A DNA stretch of 64,000 nucleotides from the human T2T-CHM13v2.0 reference genome, Homo sapiens (GCF_009914755.1 NC_060947.1), one strand, 5' to 3'; shown: positions 29,445-43,688, numbered from the stretch's first letter. Notes: a model not told the origin generated them from the letters alone. Translations and numbers: made by a program.

Positions 29445-30310
29445 TAATTATTATTATATTGTATTATTTACACATTATACCCTATACATTTATACATAAG
29501 TATATTGATATATTTTACTATAATATACATTATTATAATTGTCAGTTATTTTAATGTCTCTTGAATAGAATAATTATATTTTCTATTACATTACATATTT
29601 TTAACATAACAACTTTTGTGTATGCTGCAGTTTACTCCTTTTATATATCATAAGTATAACTTATTTGTAATAAATAAGTTGTGCAGCTATTTCATGATAT
29701 CATATTAATTCATATATATTTACATATTAATTAATCATTTTATAGTATGTTGTATTTGTATATTATGCATTTATAAATTATCATGCTTTTATTATATTGT
29801 GTTAGTTTTATATTGTCATGAATATCACTTATTCTTATTGCTACTTGCAAATAATTCTTAATATATATTATATTATATATTATATACTATATTAATTATA
29901 ATCATTGGCATATATAATATATTATAATTAATATATACTATATTAATTATAATTATTAGAATATATTATATATTGTGATATATGTTATATAATATATACT
30001 AATAATTATAATTATATACACTAATAATTGTAATTATATACTAATATATATGAATAATTGTTATACTATATTAACTGTAATTAATATAGTATATAATATT
30101 AACTTTGCATATCTTATATTGATTATTATGCATTTTACTCATCTATTATGTATGATATTATTATGTATCACTTATTCTTTATTATATATACTATTTCATA
30201 TTATGTATGATATTATTATGAGTATCACCTGTTCTCCATAAGTCATTTGCAACGAGTTGTATAGTTACTCTGTGATAATATACTATTTAATTACTTTATA
30301 TTAAAGTAGT
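29445..30310. repeat. Degenerate AT-rich low-complexity tract
   Basis: TAT/ATA-rich, with local ~35-40 bp duplications around 29870-30040. Confidence 0.85.
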
Positions 30311-30929
30311 TTGTAGTCACAGAAGTCTAGTGAAAAGGCCCCAGTCACTATATTGTCAACCCCTAATGCAGTTGTAAAAAGTGACTCTATCAACGTGAAT
30401 GATCCTGACTAGCGAGCTTTTTAATAACTCACCTTCAAGAGCTAACCTTTGGACAGTGAATAAACATGTCCTACATGTAATGTCCGTTGCTAATATAGGT
30501 AAATTTTCAGAGCAAGGAAACTCCATTCAGCAGGGTGACGTCTTCCAGTCCTCTGCACCATCCTCATGACGGAGTCCTGGAGAAAGCCCAGGGTGTAGTC
30601 AATTCCCAAGTGTCATCTTGGTCTCTACTCTCACCCTCCCTGGTCTTCTCCTTATAATTCCTCAAAAGCGCTTTCTCTGCATAGGAAAAAATCAAGCTCT
30701 CTCTCTCTCTCTGAACAGGAGACTTTCTTTGCCGAATTTTCCTCTCTTTCTGTCTTTGCAGAGTTAAATTTTATTCTTCCTATAGAACTAACCACAAAGT
30801 ACGATCTTGACTCCTCAGACCTGGGCTAGGTCCTCTCTCTGTGTTCTTATCGTGTAGTCTTAATTTTCCTTCATCTTTTCCCTTGCAGTTGGTAATCCTA
30901 TGGTTATGTGTGTGATTATATTCTAGGAG

Positions 30930-31052
30930 TGAACCTCCAGGGCTCAACTGTAAGCTCCAAAGAAGCATAGATGATATCTCTATTTGCTTGGCCTTTGTCT
31001 TTACACCCTGGGTATTCAGTAGAAATCTACTAAAAAGAGTGAGTGAGGAATG
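30930..31052 (+). mobile_element. L2 3' terminal fragment
   Basis: ACTGTAAGCTCCAAAGAAGCATAG...GTATTCAGTAGAAATCTACTAAAAAGAGTGAGTGA. Confidence 0.55.
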
Positions 31053-31096
31053 TGTTGGTTTCAAGTGACGGAAAGGGAAATATGACATTGTCCCTG

Positions 31097-31528
31097 CTGT
31101 GGTGGAATGTGTCCTCATCTTATCCCCTGGAACCTCAGATGGGATCTCATTTGGAGAGAGAGAGGGTCTTTGGAAAGGTAATTAAATAAAAGATCTTGAG
31201 AAGAAGTCATTCTGGATTAGAGTGAGTCCTAAATGCAAAGATAAGTGTCCTTCTAAAAGAAAAGAGGAGACACAGTCACAGAGGAAAGGCCACGTTGAGA
31301 CTGAGGCAGAGACATCAGCTTTGCGGCCACAAGCCCATGGATGCCTGGAGCCCCCAGGTGCTGGGAGAGGCAGGAAGGATCCTCCTTTAGAGCCTCTGGA
31401 GGGAGCACAGCCCTGCCTACACCTTGATCTCAGACTCCTACTTCCAGAACTAAAAATGAGTAAACTTTGTTGTGTTAAGCCACGCCATTTGTGATAATTT
31501 GTTATAGCACAATCAGAATCTGCTATAC
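31097..31528 (+). mobile_element. MLT1B-like MaLR LTR
   Basis: GAGGCAGGAAGGATCCTCCTTTAGAGCCTCTGGAGGGAGCACAGCCCTG...TTGTTATAGCA. Confidence 0.88.
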
Positions 31529-31690
31529 TATCCCAAGGAATGTAATTGATGAAGAAATAACACGTTTCTTTCTCCGTATTCTTCTCCTCAGAATAGTAAG
31601 TAAGGCTAAGGAGGAATTGAAGGAGCAGCAAGCAAGCTATTTGGTCTATTGAAGAAATCAATTGAGCTGTCACTATTGAAACTGTATTCT

Positions 31691-32003
31691 TTATTTTGTT
31701 GTTATTGTTTTGTTTTTTGAGATAGGGTCTCACACTGTTGCCCAGGCTGGAGTGCAGTGGCACCATCACAGCTCAATGCAGCCCTGATTTTCTGCTGGGC
31801 TCAAGCCATCCTCCTGCCTCAGTCTCCCAAGTAGCTGGAATTGCAAGTGTGCACCAACATGCTGAGCTAATTTTTGCATTTTTGGTAGAGACGGGGTTTC
31901 TCCATGTGGTCCAGGCTGGTCTTGAACTCCTGAGCTCAAGTGATCTACCCACCTTGGTCTCCCAAAGTGCTGGGATGATAGGTGTGAGCCACTGTTCCCA
32001 GCC
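31691..32003 (-). mobile_element. AluJ
   Basis: Full reverse dimer; TSD AAACTGTATTCT (31679-31690 / 32006-32017). Confidence 0.95.
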
Positions 32004-32099
32004 TTAAACTGTATTCTGAGATCAGTTCTACTTTGGGCCAGTTATTTATTAAAACATCTTTCATGTGGCACTCCGCCTTTCAATATAATGATTACCTAC

Positions 32100-32471
32100 T
32101 GATATGGTTTGGCTGTGTCTCCACCCAAATCTCATCTTGAATTGTAGTTCCCCTAATTCCCATTTGTTGTGAGAGGGACCCAGTGGGAGATCATTAAATC
32201 ATGGGAGCAGTTTCCCTCATACTGTTCTCATGGTAGTGAATAAGTCTCATGAGATCTGGTGATTTTATAAGGGGTTTCCCCTTTTGCTTGGTTCCCATTC
32301 TCTCTTGCCTGCTGCCATGTAAGACGTGCCTTTGCTCCTCCTTTGCTTTCTGCCATGATTGTGAGGCCTCCCCAGTCATGTGAAACTGTGAGTTCTTTAA
32401 ATCTCTTTTTCTTTATAAATTACCCAATCACAGGTATGTCTTTATTAGCAGAGTGAGAACAGACTAATACA
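32100..32471 (+). mobile_element. THE1C-like solo LTR
   Basis: TGATATGGTTTGGCTGTGTC...AGACTAATACA; perfect TSD CCTAC. Confidence 0.95.
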
Positions 32472-34227
32472 CCTACTTCATATTCCTCGTCTTTATTCTA
32501 TGACCTAGTTTAAAAAATTATTTATTTATTTATCTATTTTTATTTACTGACGGGTGAGCTGCCTATAGACAGGACTGAGTCTCAGTGATTTTAGCATTGT
32601 CAACAATACATCCAGTGCTTGGCTTCTAACAAGTCTTCAAAATTGTCAGATAAATGCCCCTGTGCCGGTGTGGCCAGTCAAACACTGTGGATTTTTCTGA
32701 CATCCTTTTATGAGGTTCTGACACTAAGTCCTGCAAATCAACTGCCTTAGACTTGGACACTGAAGTCCCACAACTTGTTTGTTTTTGGTTAGTAGGGAAG
32801 GGGTGCCCCGGTTGAGATCCAAGCACTTCTTTGTCCTTCCTCTTTGATTCTAATTTTAAATGATACCCTGGAAAATCAATATTCATATTTCTCTTCTGTT
32901 CTCTCTCTTTCCTTTTTTATCTTTTAGCTATCATCAGTTTTACAAAGCCTCATTGCTAAATTTTATTAGATACTTACTTTTTAACATTGCCTGCAGGAGT
33001 TCTTTATGAAAGATGACAATAAAGCACGTGTGTCCTGGAGAAACATCAATGCAATAAAATGCCCCACTAGGTTTGATGGCCCCAATAGCTTGTAGGGAGA
33101 ACAGTCCCTTGAAGGAGTTGTACTTTGATATTCTTAAACAATGGAAGAGAATCTCTTCCGAGGGGCACTGATGGCCTTAAAAATCATGGAAGCCACTAAG
33201 TTTACATAATAAACTCTTGCAAACCAGATGGTTTTATGATTGTGTTTTGCCAACAGCTGTTTTGAATAAGATATAATTGAGGTTCTTGGCAGGGATACTC
33301 TTCAAAGGGTCGGATTAGCTCAAAGTTAACTCAATTGCATCCCCCGGGCTACATAAGTAAAGCCTTCCAATTTCAATCAGTTACAATACAAAGTTATCTT
33401 CAAATGTTCACATAGACAGTACTTTGGAGGGCTCATTGGTTTGGAGTACAGATATTATTTTGAAACTAGGAGTTAGGAGCAAAGAACTCAGTGGAAAAAA
33501 AAAACAGATGAGCTCGAATGGTCTTGGGGTCACTCATGCCTTCCAACTGTTCAGTCTTGGAATTCAATGAGTAACTTCTAAAAACCTAGATAGTTTCAAG
33601 TGGACTTCTGTGGCAGCTGTAGGTTCCACACGCTTGGGTAGTTCTTATTTGCAAGTAGGCATGGGTATAGTTAAGGGTGAATGCAGGAGATTTTGCGTGG
33701 TCCAACCCTCCATGGGCCAAAGAAAGGACTTGAACAGCTTCTGTGTGATAACCTATGAGCCAAGGTATATCCTCTGTGATGAGGGTCTGGGGCCATGCCA
33801 GGTAGTTTGTACTAACAACATGATTGAAGGTGAATCCATATATTTTTGTTTTCCTGAGGTGGTGGGCCATGCTGTATTAGTTTGACCTCTGGGCGAGCAA
33901 ACTGGGGCATTAATAACCAAGGTAAGGCTTGCAAGTGCTTCACAACTATAAGTCTGCCTCCCTTGTAAGAACTCTAGACACCAAGACTCCAGTGACCCTC
34001 TCTCCTTGACATCATTCTATTCATGTTGTCTCACACTGTTGCTGGAAGAATTCAGTGCTGTCCTTCTGACTCTGCTGGAAGACAAGGACTGGAAACTCTT
34101 GTCTGGGCTCTCCTGAACTTTGCCATATGTATCTTTTACCTTTGCAAATTTGTGAAACATTTAACTATATTTATTTATTTTGCAATACTATCATGAAGTT
34201 CTACATTCAATTATTTTTGAAAAATTC

Positions 34228-34780
<553 letters not shown>

Positions 34781-35004
34781 TTTCTGCAGAATTTAGTCTG
34801 CTTTCTTTCCCCATAATAAGTTACCACCATGAGGGTCACAGCTTCTCCGAGTTCTATGGGTCTTCCTAGCAAATCGTGGAATCGGAGGGCAGATTTGGGG
34901 ACCTTGGACACATCATGCCAAAGAGAGAATTTGGGGGAATTTCTGGGGTGACCAAACAGAAGTTAAAGGAAATATAATGTGCTGCTTTGTGCATACTTCT
35001 ATTT

Positions 35005-35315
35005 TCATTTTTCTTTTCTCTTTTCTTTTCTTTTTCCCTTCCCTTTTCCCTTTCCCTTTCCCTTTCCCTTTCCCTTCCCTCCCTCCCTCTCTCCCTCCCT
35101 TCTCCCTTCCCTTCCCTCCTTCCCTTCCCTCTTTCCCTTCCCTCCTTCCCTTCTTCCCTTTATTCCCTTCTTTCCCTTCTTCCCTTCCTTCCCTCCTTCC
35201 TTTCCTTCTTCCCTCCCCTCCCCTCTCCTCTCCTCCCCTCGCCTCTCCTCTCCTCCCCTCCCTTCCCCATCCATCCCCTCCCCTTCCCTCCCCTCTCCTC
35301 TCTTTCCCTTTCTTC
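35005..35315. repeat. Polypyrimidine compound microsatellite (expanded Alu tail)
   Basis: TTTTC, TTTCCC, CCCT, CCCTT and CTCCT runs; almost no purines on the + strand. Confidence 0.95.
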
Positions 35316-35554
35316 AGAGACAAGGTCTCATTCTGTGGCCCAGTCTGAAGTACAGTGCTGCAATCATAGCTCACTGCAGCCTTGAACTCCTGGGCTTCAG
35401 TGATCCTCCCACCTCAGCCCCCTACCTAATTTTTGTATTTTTTATTTGTAGAGATGGGTGCCCAGGCTGGTTTAGTACTCTTGAGCTCAAGTGATCCCTC
35501 TGCCTTGGCCTCCCAAAATGCTGGGATTACAGGTGTGAGTCATTGTGCCCAGCC
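35316..35554 (-). mobile_element. AluJ with internal deletions
   Basis: GAGACAAGGTCTC...GTGCCCAGCC; TSD TATTTTCATTT at 35000 and 35555. Confidence 0.92.
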
Positions 35555-35829
35555 TATTTTCATTTCTTAATAAGTGGTGAGAACAGTCTTTGTGGACAAT
35601 ATTAATACACACAAAGTCCTTTGAACAGTACTATGGCATTGTGCCTTTCCTGGGGCAGAACAAGAAGCAAATTGAGATAGATGAAATGAAACTGAAGCAT
35701 GCAGATGACACATATACCTAGAAAATGGAACATTATTTTCCATCAGACAGAATGAACCAGGAGCCTCAGCTGACAAAAGTCAGCCTCTGGCACAGGTGCA
35801 TGTGTGTCTCTATACATTGCTACATGTGC

Positions 35830-36125
35830 ACCTATTTATTCACGCAAATGTATGCAGCATCTACAGGTGTCAGAACTGGAGTTCAGCTGTGAGCAAATTG
35901 GTCATCTAGTGTCTCCACGTTGTATGATATGCTGTAGGGTGTTAGCAAGTTGACCTAGAGCCTATAAGGGATATGTAAGTGTTTCCAGACATCAACAGGG
36001 CAAGTATACATGAAAAGGGATTATAGGATGAGAATTCTCAGGATCTAAGTTAGCAAGGAGGAGAGGAAGTTTCTAAGAAAGGACATTTCCAGCAGATGAA
36101 ACTGCAATATATAAAGTTCTAAGCT
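35830..36125 (-). mobile_element. L2 fragment
   Basis: TTTATTCACGCAAATGTATGCAGCATCTAC...CATTTCCAGCAGATGAAACTGCAATATATAAAG. Confidence 0.45.
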
Positions 36126-36146
36126 AAAGATTAGAGATTGTGGGGA

Positions 36147-36729
36147 CCAACAAACTTAAAACAGAACTACTATTGGACCAGGCAATCCCATTACTGGGTT
36201 TATAACCAAAGGAAAAGAAATCATTCTACCAAAAAGACACATGTAGTCGTATGTTTATTGTAGCCCTATTCACAACAGCAGAGACAAGGAATCAACCTAG
36301 GAGCCCATCAATGGTGGATTGGATAAAAAAAATGTTACACATATACACCACAGAATACTATGCAGCCACAAAGAAGAATGAAATCATGTCCTTTGCAGCA
36401 ACATGGATGCAGCTGGAGGCCATTATCCTAACTGAATTAATGCAGGAACAGAAAATCAAATACCACGTTTCTCACTTATAAATGGGAGCTAAACAATGGG
36501 TACTCATAGACATAAAGATGGAAACAATAGACACTGAGGACTCCTAGAGTGGGGAAAGAGGGAGGGGGGTCATGGGCTGAAAAACTACCTATTGAGTGCT
36601 ATCTATGCTCACTACCTGGATGATGGGGTCATTCACACCCCAAACCTCAGCATCATGCAATATACACAGGTAACAAACCTGCATATGGACCCCCAAATCT
36701 AAAAGTTGAAATTATGTATATTTAAAAAT
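36147..36729 (+). mobile_element. L1PB1-like 3' end
   Basis: ORF2 C-terminus (MSFAATWMQLEAIIL) plus 3' UTR; TSD GATTAGAGATTGT(G/T)GGGA at 36129 and 36730. Confidence 0.94.
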
Positions 36730-36747
36730 GATTAGAGATTGTTGGGA

Positions 36748-37383
36748 TGTATGGGGCAAAGGAGAGTTTTCCCTTAGCCTTTGAAAGGTTTACTGAAAAA
36801 CCAACTTGCGAGAGGCAGATTAATTGGATAAAAATTTTATTAACATGTATACAGAGGAGCCTTTAGAATGAAGACATAAAGATACAGGGGAAGCTGTCCA
36901 TTTTTATGCTTTGCTTCAACAAAGTATGGGCAGCCATGTAGAGATAGGGTTGGACAAAAAGGGCCTGATCCAATGCTAACGGACTGAGTGGAAACCCAAC
37001 CAGGCCTGTCTGTCTAGATTCTTCTTGCCTCTCTGAGCAGCGCTCCTTCCTTCTGGGTGTGCGGCGGGACCCTCTCTGGAGTGGGGGTTCTTAGGACCTA
37101 CAGTCAAACGAGGTAGGTCAGGGAATTTCTTTATGGCCAGTCTTTATGCAGATAGGATAGAGGGAAAGTTAACTTCCAATTTTTAGGTTTTATGGCTCAC
37201 GTTGGGGAAAAAGGGTTCTGGTTTCTGTGACCCGCCTTGGGAAAGAGGGATTCTAGTTTCTGTGGTGCCTCGGGGGAGGATGGGACTGAGAGGCAGTTGG
37301 CAGGAGATGGTCAGAGAGAAACGTTGGCTTCTGAGGCTGCTGTGGAGACCTGCGTTGTGGGGTATTGTTTTCTGAGCCCAACA
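36748..37383 (-). mobile_element. MER39-like ERV1 solo LTR
   Basis: TG...CA ends; right end GGGGTATTGTTTTCTGAGCCCAACA; perfect 4-bp TSD GGGA. Confidence 0.88.
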
Positions 37384-40029
37384 GGGAGCTGCAAGTGCAT
37401 ATGGTATCAATGGATGTGAACTCACATTTCTAGATATGCCTATGGCATTGCAACCTAGTTCCGGGGTCTGCATCATAACCAGAGACCCTGTGCAATAAAA
37501 CAGTGTGTCTTTTACTCTCTAAAAAATAAAATAAATAAAATATCTTTAAAAAGCAAAGCAGAGCTCATGCTGAAAAGGCTTCCCGAAATCATGAAGGCAC
37601 CCACCAACATTTTCTAGACTCTAGGTTGTCTCGCCCTTTGCCTGATTATTCCAACTCATGCAACCACTTAGCAGAGACTGAGCTTTCAAAGTTTGGGTGC
37701 ATTCCACTTGCTTTGTTAGATGGCTTCACAGTGCTTTACGGAGTTGGTGTTCCCATGCAGAGGCTGCCTTAAAAACAATCTGTCAAACGGAGACTTCAAG
37801 AAGCTGGGCCTGGAATAATACCTCCACTCTATTTGCTGACATTTCAAGCATTAAATTAATATTCTTGAAGTCAATTCATCAGGCTCCTAGCCTGTAATTG
37901 GGATTCAATGCATGCAGTCGATTAGAGGAGAGAGCAGCCGGTCCATGGAGAAAGAAGGTTTTTCATTTTGCATCCAATCAGGGAAAGCAAACACAATCAG
38001 GCAGCGTTTCGGGGGCCGATAGATACTGCAATTCTAATGATGAGGGAAGCAAACAGGAGGAGACATTGGAGTCCCTGAAACTTCTGTCTTAGTATGTCCC
38101 CCAATTTCTATCACACTGACCCCAATCTGGCTTTTAATAAATCTTTATCTTTGAAACGCTTCGTTGTGGAGCAAATGGAAAGAGTGTTTGCTCCATCAAA
38201 AGAGCAAAAGCACAGAGTGTCGTGGGAGTGTGAAACCCTGCATAGCAATGGAAAAAACAAAAACAAAAACCAAAAACAAGGCAGTGTTTGTTTCCAGTGG
38301 ATATGCATGCTCACGATTAGGGCTGCCAGGTTACAGAGTTCACATTTTAGATATTGCAGAGCTAGAGACTGTTAAAATATTCGAGACTGCTAATGCTGTG
38401 GTTCAAGCTGCATCCACATTTTTCATGCTTAAGGTGGTCTCTAGCTCAATGGATTTTCTTGCATTGATTCTGTAAGAGAAAGGTGGAGAAGTGGGAAGGA
38501 AGGCCCATCTAGGAGAATAGCAATATATATTCCAGGAAGGGACCTGTGACCTGTCTAAAATAGCTTCCTAGAACTCTAGCAAAATTGCAAAGTCCAGTCC
38601 AGAGTACGGTCCACATATAATTTCTTGCTGGCTGAGATGCGCAGGTTGCTGGTAGCTGCTCTTCAGGACATCATTATCTGTCTAATAATCAAAAGAAAGC
38701 CAGCAAAATGGAACTCATTATACATTAGAAAAAAAACCACGGCTCGCTGTGGACAACTTTCCTTTTGGAAATATTTGTCCAAGTACTTCAGAACATCCAG
38801 AACTCTGGCTGAGCAAATCCACTCAAAAACGAAGTCCTGGTGGCTCCATTGTCAATAATCCATGCTAATGCTTTTTGGGGGACTTTGCAGCCTCTGCAGC
38901 CTCTGCAGAGACAGACACACAAGAGCTCAAGAAAAGGATTGTGATCCTGGGCCTTACCGCTTCCCAGGTGCTTGTTATAGGGTGGTTTAAAAAGCAAGCC
39001 AGACAAGGATATGGTGTACCTGTAGGACAAAAACCTAATAGCCCATCTGTCATCTCTCTTTTTTAAAAGTGTTGTTGGTTCTTCCTAACAGTCGCCCATC
39101 TGTTCTTGGAAAGTCCCTCTCCTTTAAAAATGACTTTTAAAATCCAGTAGTGTATATAGTTGTTTGAAGAATTTAAGTAAGAATGTGGATTGATGCACTT
39201 AGCACTCAAAAGTTCCCCAATTTAAGATTTACAAAAAAGGATGAGTGAAGGATGCTGAAAAATGGCTTTGCAGGAGGAGAGTGGAAGGCTTGGAGATTAC
39301 TTTATTTTTCTTCCAACATATAATGCTCTTAGAGAGGTTTATGAAAAAAGAAATAAATGAAAGATTAAAGTTATTGAGAAAATGTGGAAAGATTCATGAT
39401 TTGGAAAGCAGGAATATGTCAGAAAAATAGACAACCTAAGTTTTATTTGTAAAAAAGTGGAGAATAAAGCCAGATGAAATGATGGCATCTTCCAGAGGAA
39501 AAGGACAAAAAAAAAAAAAAAAAAAAACCAACTCATGTCAATGGATGTAAAACATATGTTGGCATAAATATGAAAATGTAGCCTACTTACTCATTATTGC
39601 TGTTAAGGAGATTTCCATTTTTTAGCATAAAAATACCTTATCTACAGATACAAAATTTCTACCACAGCAAATGGAGAAGAGGCCCCTTTAAGGAAAAAAC
39701 CTTTCTCATTTGGCAAGTTGAGCAAAAGCTTGCACATTTATATTTAAACACAAGCCTGAGGATATTGCAGGAAAGGAAGAAACTCTACAAGTCATGTTAT
39801 AAAGATGACATCACTCTGTATAACATTCCGCTCTATAAAAAGGCACTGTGTATAGATGTCATCTCTCATTTACCATCTTCAAGGAGTTTAAAGGTTTAAA
39901 AATGATCTCTAAGGTGTGCATTAACACAAACTCTTCAGCATTTTATCTGGTGAGTAGTAATGATAATAACTAAAACATTCAAGGTTACTCACTATCGGCC
40001 TAGAATGTGGAGTTGATGCAAATCCCTTA

Positions 40030-40540
40030 ATTTGATTTCTGGGGTAAATTATATGTAACATGAAATTTACCATTTTAACCATTTTTAAGTGTACACTTCA
40101 CTGGCATTAAGTACATTCACGTTGCGTAACCATCACCACCATCCACCTCCAGAATGGCTTCATCTTTCCAAACTGAAACCCTGTCCCCATTAAACACTAA
40201 CTCCCTATCCCTCTTCCTCCAACCCTGGCACCCGCCATCCTACTTTCTTTATCTATGGGTTTGACAACTCCAGGGATGTTGTATAAGTGAGACTACACAG
40301 TATTTGACCATTTATGACTGGCTAATTGCACTCAGTGTGATGTCCTCAAGGTTCATCCATGCCATAGCAGGTGTCAGAATTTCCTTCCTTCTTAGGGTTG
40401 AAAAATATTCCCTTGCATGAACACATCACATTTTGTTTATCCATTCATTTGGTGATGGGCACTTGGTTTGCTTCCATCTTTTGATTACTGTGAATGAATT
40501 GGGTGTACAAATAGCTCTTCGAGTCCCTGTTTGAGATTAT
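40030..40540 (-). mobile_element. L1MB 3' end
   Basis: AAATTTACCATTTTAACCATTTTTAAGTGTACA...CCATCACCACCATCCACCTCCAGAA. Confidence 0.88.
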
Positions 40541-41223
40541 TTGCAAATCTCCTTATTCTTTTTCTAAAAGTAAATGAGCAGGTGACAGATAGAACATGCT
40601 GTAGCTTCCCATAAAAGATTTTTGCAACATTTAATGGAGAATGGCCCAGCATCTCATGAAGGAGACTCTCAAACAAAACACAATCTGGCGAACAGATTCC
40701 ATGGGCTTAGCTTAGAGGGATGCCTTTAAACCCTCGTGCTTTGCAACTGCTCTTACCTAAGGTTGCTTGTTGTCTGTGACTAGCTCTTTAACTTTAAAGC
40801 TTTATTAAGAAAGTGGCCTCTGTGACTCTTGAGTTTATGAGCGTTTAGTCTCCTTTGGTTCCCTGCTGGCCATGATGCACTGGGAAAAATGTTCAGGAAA
40901 ATAAATATCCACTCTTCTGCAGAATGGAATCATCTCTTCGAGGTCAGATTTTTCTGAGTTTTTGTTATTTAGGAGAAATGCTGAATATGTAATACTAGCA
41001 CACTTAAAAAAGTTATGTGTTGTTCATGGTACACTTACTCCTCAAAAGCAAACATGGATTACCAATGGGACTTACTGAATTAATAGATATATGAGAAGCT
41101 GGGGGAGAAAAGGCAAAATACAGATAAAATTTCAATAGTGGCTTTGTGCCAAGCATGTTTGTACTACACTTTAACTGATATTCCCTCAAGTGGTCCATGG
41201 CAGACTTCTAGGCAGAGTTATTT

Positions 41224-41224
41224 C

Positions 41225-41260
<36 letters not shown>

Positions 41261-41949
41261 ATCTGTTATCTATCTCTTTTATCTACCTATCATATATCTA
41301 TCTTCATCATCATGTTATTTTACCTTTCTATCTCATCTATCAATCTACGTATGTCTTCATTATGAATCTTATCTAGCTCTCTATTATTTATCTATCTCTA
41401 TCATCTATCTTTATTATCATAATCTTCTATGTATACTATCTCTCTATTTCTGCCAATTATCTATCATGTATCTTATCAATCTCATCTATATATTCTGTCA
41501 TCTATGTATGTATGTATCTATCATCGTGTATGTATCCTAATATGTTTCTATGTTATCTATCTTCATCTCTATTATTTACCTATCATCTATCTCTGTTCAT
41601 CATCATTATAATCTTCTATGTATACTATCTCTTTCTATCAATCATGTATCTATCAGGTATTTTAGCTGTCTATTCTGTCATAATATGTATGTATCTATAT
41701 ATCATCATCAGGTATCTATTCTACTATCTATATATCCATCTATCTATGTATCCATCTACCCATCTGTTAATATTATCCATCACATGTATCTCTCTTATAT
41801 CTACCTAGCCTATCTATCAATCATCTGTTCTATCTACCTATCATCTATCTATCTCTCTATCTATCCATCTATCTATCTATCTATCATCTATCTACTTATC
41901 TATTTAATTTATCCATGTATCTATCATCTATTTATCTATTATCTATTAG

Positions 41950-41989
<40 letters not shown>

Positions 41990-42008
41990 AATCTATATTT
42001 CATCTCTC
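41224..42008. repeat. Compound (TCTA/TATC)n [GATA] tract
   Basis: Pure TCTA runs at both ends (about 41225-41259 and 41950-41990) with a degenerate interior. Confidence 0.95.
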
Positions 42009-43237
42009 TCTGCTTTACCGTGTGAAGAGCTCCTTGCCCACTGTCATATTCAGGGTTCTCTAGCCTGTGACAGCTGGATTTGAATCCAGCTCCACTTGTC
42101 ACTGGAACATTCTAACATATAAGCAAGTCTTTATTCCTTATAAAGAAGAGTATGCCCCTCTATTGCTAGGATGTAAAACACCCATGCTCTACTGTTGCAT
42201 GTGAGGCTGTCAGCATCAATATATATCTTCAGGGGTGCCACTGTTGTCATCTTTTATTTACATAAACAAATAATTCGAACTTGTCAACCAATGTTCTCTT
42301 CTCTGCCTAGTTCCTTTTAAAATCACATCTTTGCTAGATGCCTGACAAAGAGAAACCCCAATGTGCAGGTGCAGGGTGTGCTTCCTCTGCAATCCAAAAA
42401 GAATGAATGAGAAAGAAATAGCACACCCAGGGTTCATGTGGCTCTTAGAACACACCGAAAGAGAGGTGGTGGGAAATTAGTCAGAAGCTCTTTGCCCCAT
42501 TTTCTGATGTGCACATTTAAGCATATGTTTGTGTGGATAAATGATTCCTGTGCACAAAAGACATACCCAAATTAGTTATTGGGAGAAGTGAAGACAAAAC
42601 TCTCTGAATTCCTTGAAGTTTGGGATTTACAATTGCATTTTAAAAATAATGGATTATAATATAAGGAACTTCCCATTAATTTTTAAAATTTCATTGTCAT
42701 AATGATCCAGTGAGGTTGGAATCATTTTTCCCTACTTTACAAATCAAATGCATTCATGCTGAGAAGAATACATTCCCCCTTTTGATGTCTTAGACTTCCC
42801 TTGAAATAGTCTGTGGGGAGTTGAGGCAAGTAGATAAAAGAAGATAAAATCCCTGAATTTTTCTTTTGATGATTTCCTCTTATTCATATTTCCTTTGAAT
42901 TACAATCTCCTTATTTATCTGTTTCACTTGGATAATGGACATTTCAATAAAAATTGCCTGTATTTATTTTCTTTGATGTATTTCATAATGCCTCAACTTG
43001 CAGGCCCAAAGTCATGGACGAGAGTCTTGTTATATTTTTATTACCCTGAGATTCACTAAATCCACATGGCTATCCACAGTGATGATTTCAGCTCCCAATG
43101 CAAGCTCAATATTGATTTTATCTGGATTGTGGACTACTGAATGCATCATCACCTCATTTAATTGTACATGCTTACCGCATCATTTTGCCTAGAAAATTGA
43201 AATCGGTGGAAAGAATTACAGCTAGGCAAATGCAAAG

Positions 43238-43238
<1 letters not shown>

Positions 43239-43276
<38 letters not shown>
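43239..43276. repeat. (TG)19 microsatellite
   Basis: Directly visible. Confidence 0.98.
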
Positions 43277-43279
<3 letters not shown>

Positions 43280-43326
43280 TGAGGGGGAAGGTTGTCTTTC
43301 CAGCAGTTCTGAATAAGGAATTTTAA

Positions 43327-43688
<362 letters not shown>

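Noticed and set aside
31182-31769. Longest ORF (195 aa, minus strand)
   Set aside because: Runs through an AluJ and an MLT1B LTR; a chance read-through of repeats.
34913-35494. Overlapping long G/R/E/K- or P/F/S/L-rich ORFs
   Set aside because: Stop-free only because of the polypyrimidine tract and Alu.
39240-39530. Orphan A-run with upstream AATAAA suggesting a processed pseudogene
   Set aside because: No TSD or recognisable parent mRNA seen; poly(A) signal spacing is unconvincing.
41512-42083. 177-aa hydrophobic ORF resembling a membrane protein
   Set aside because: Product of (TCTA)n repeats (YLSI periodicity).
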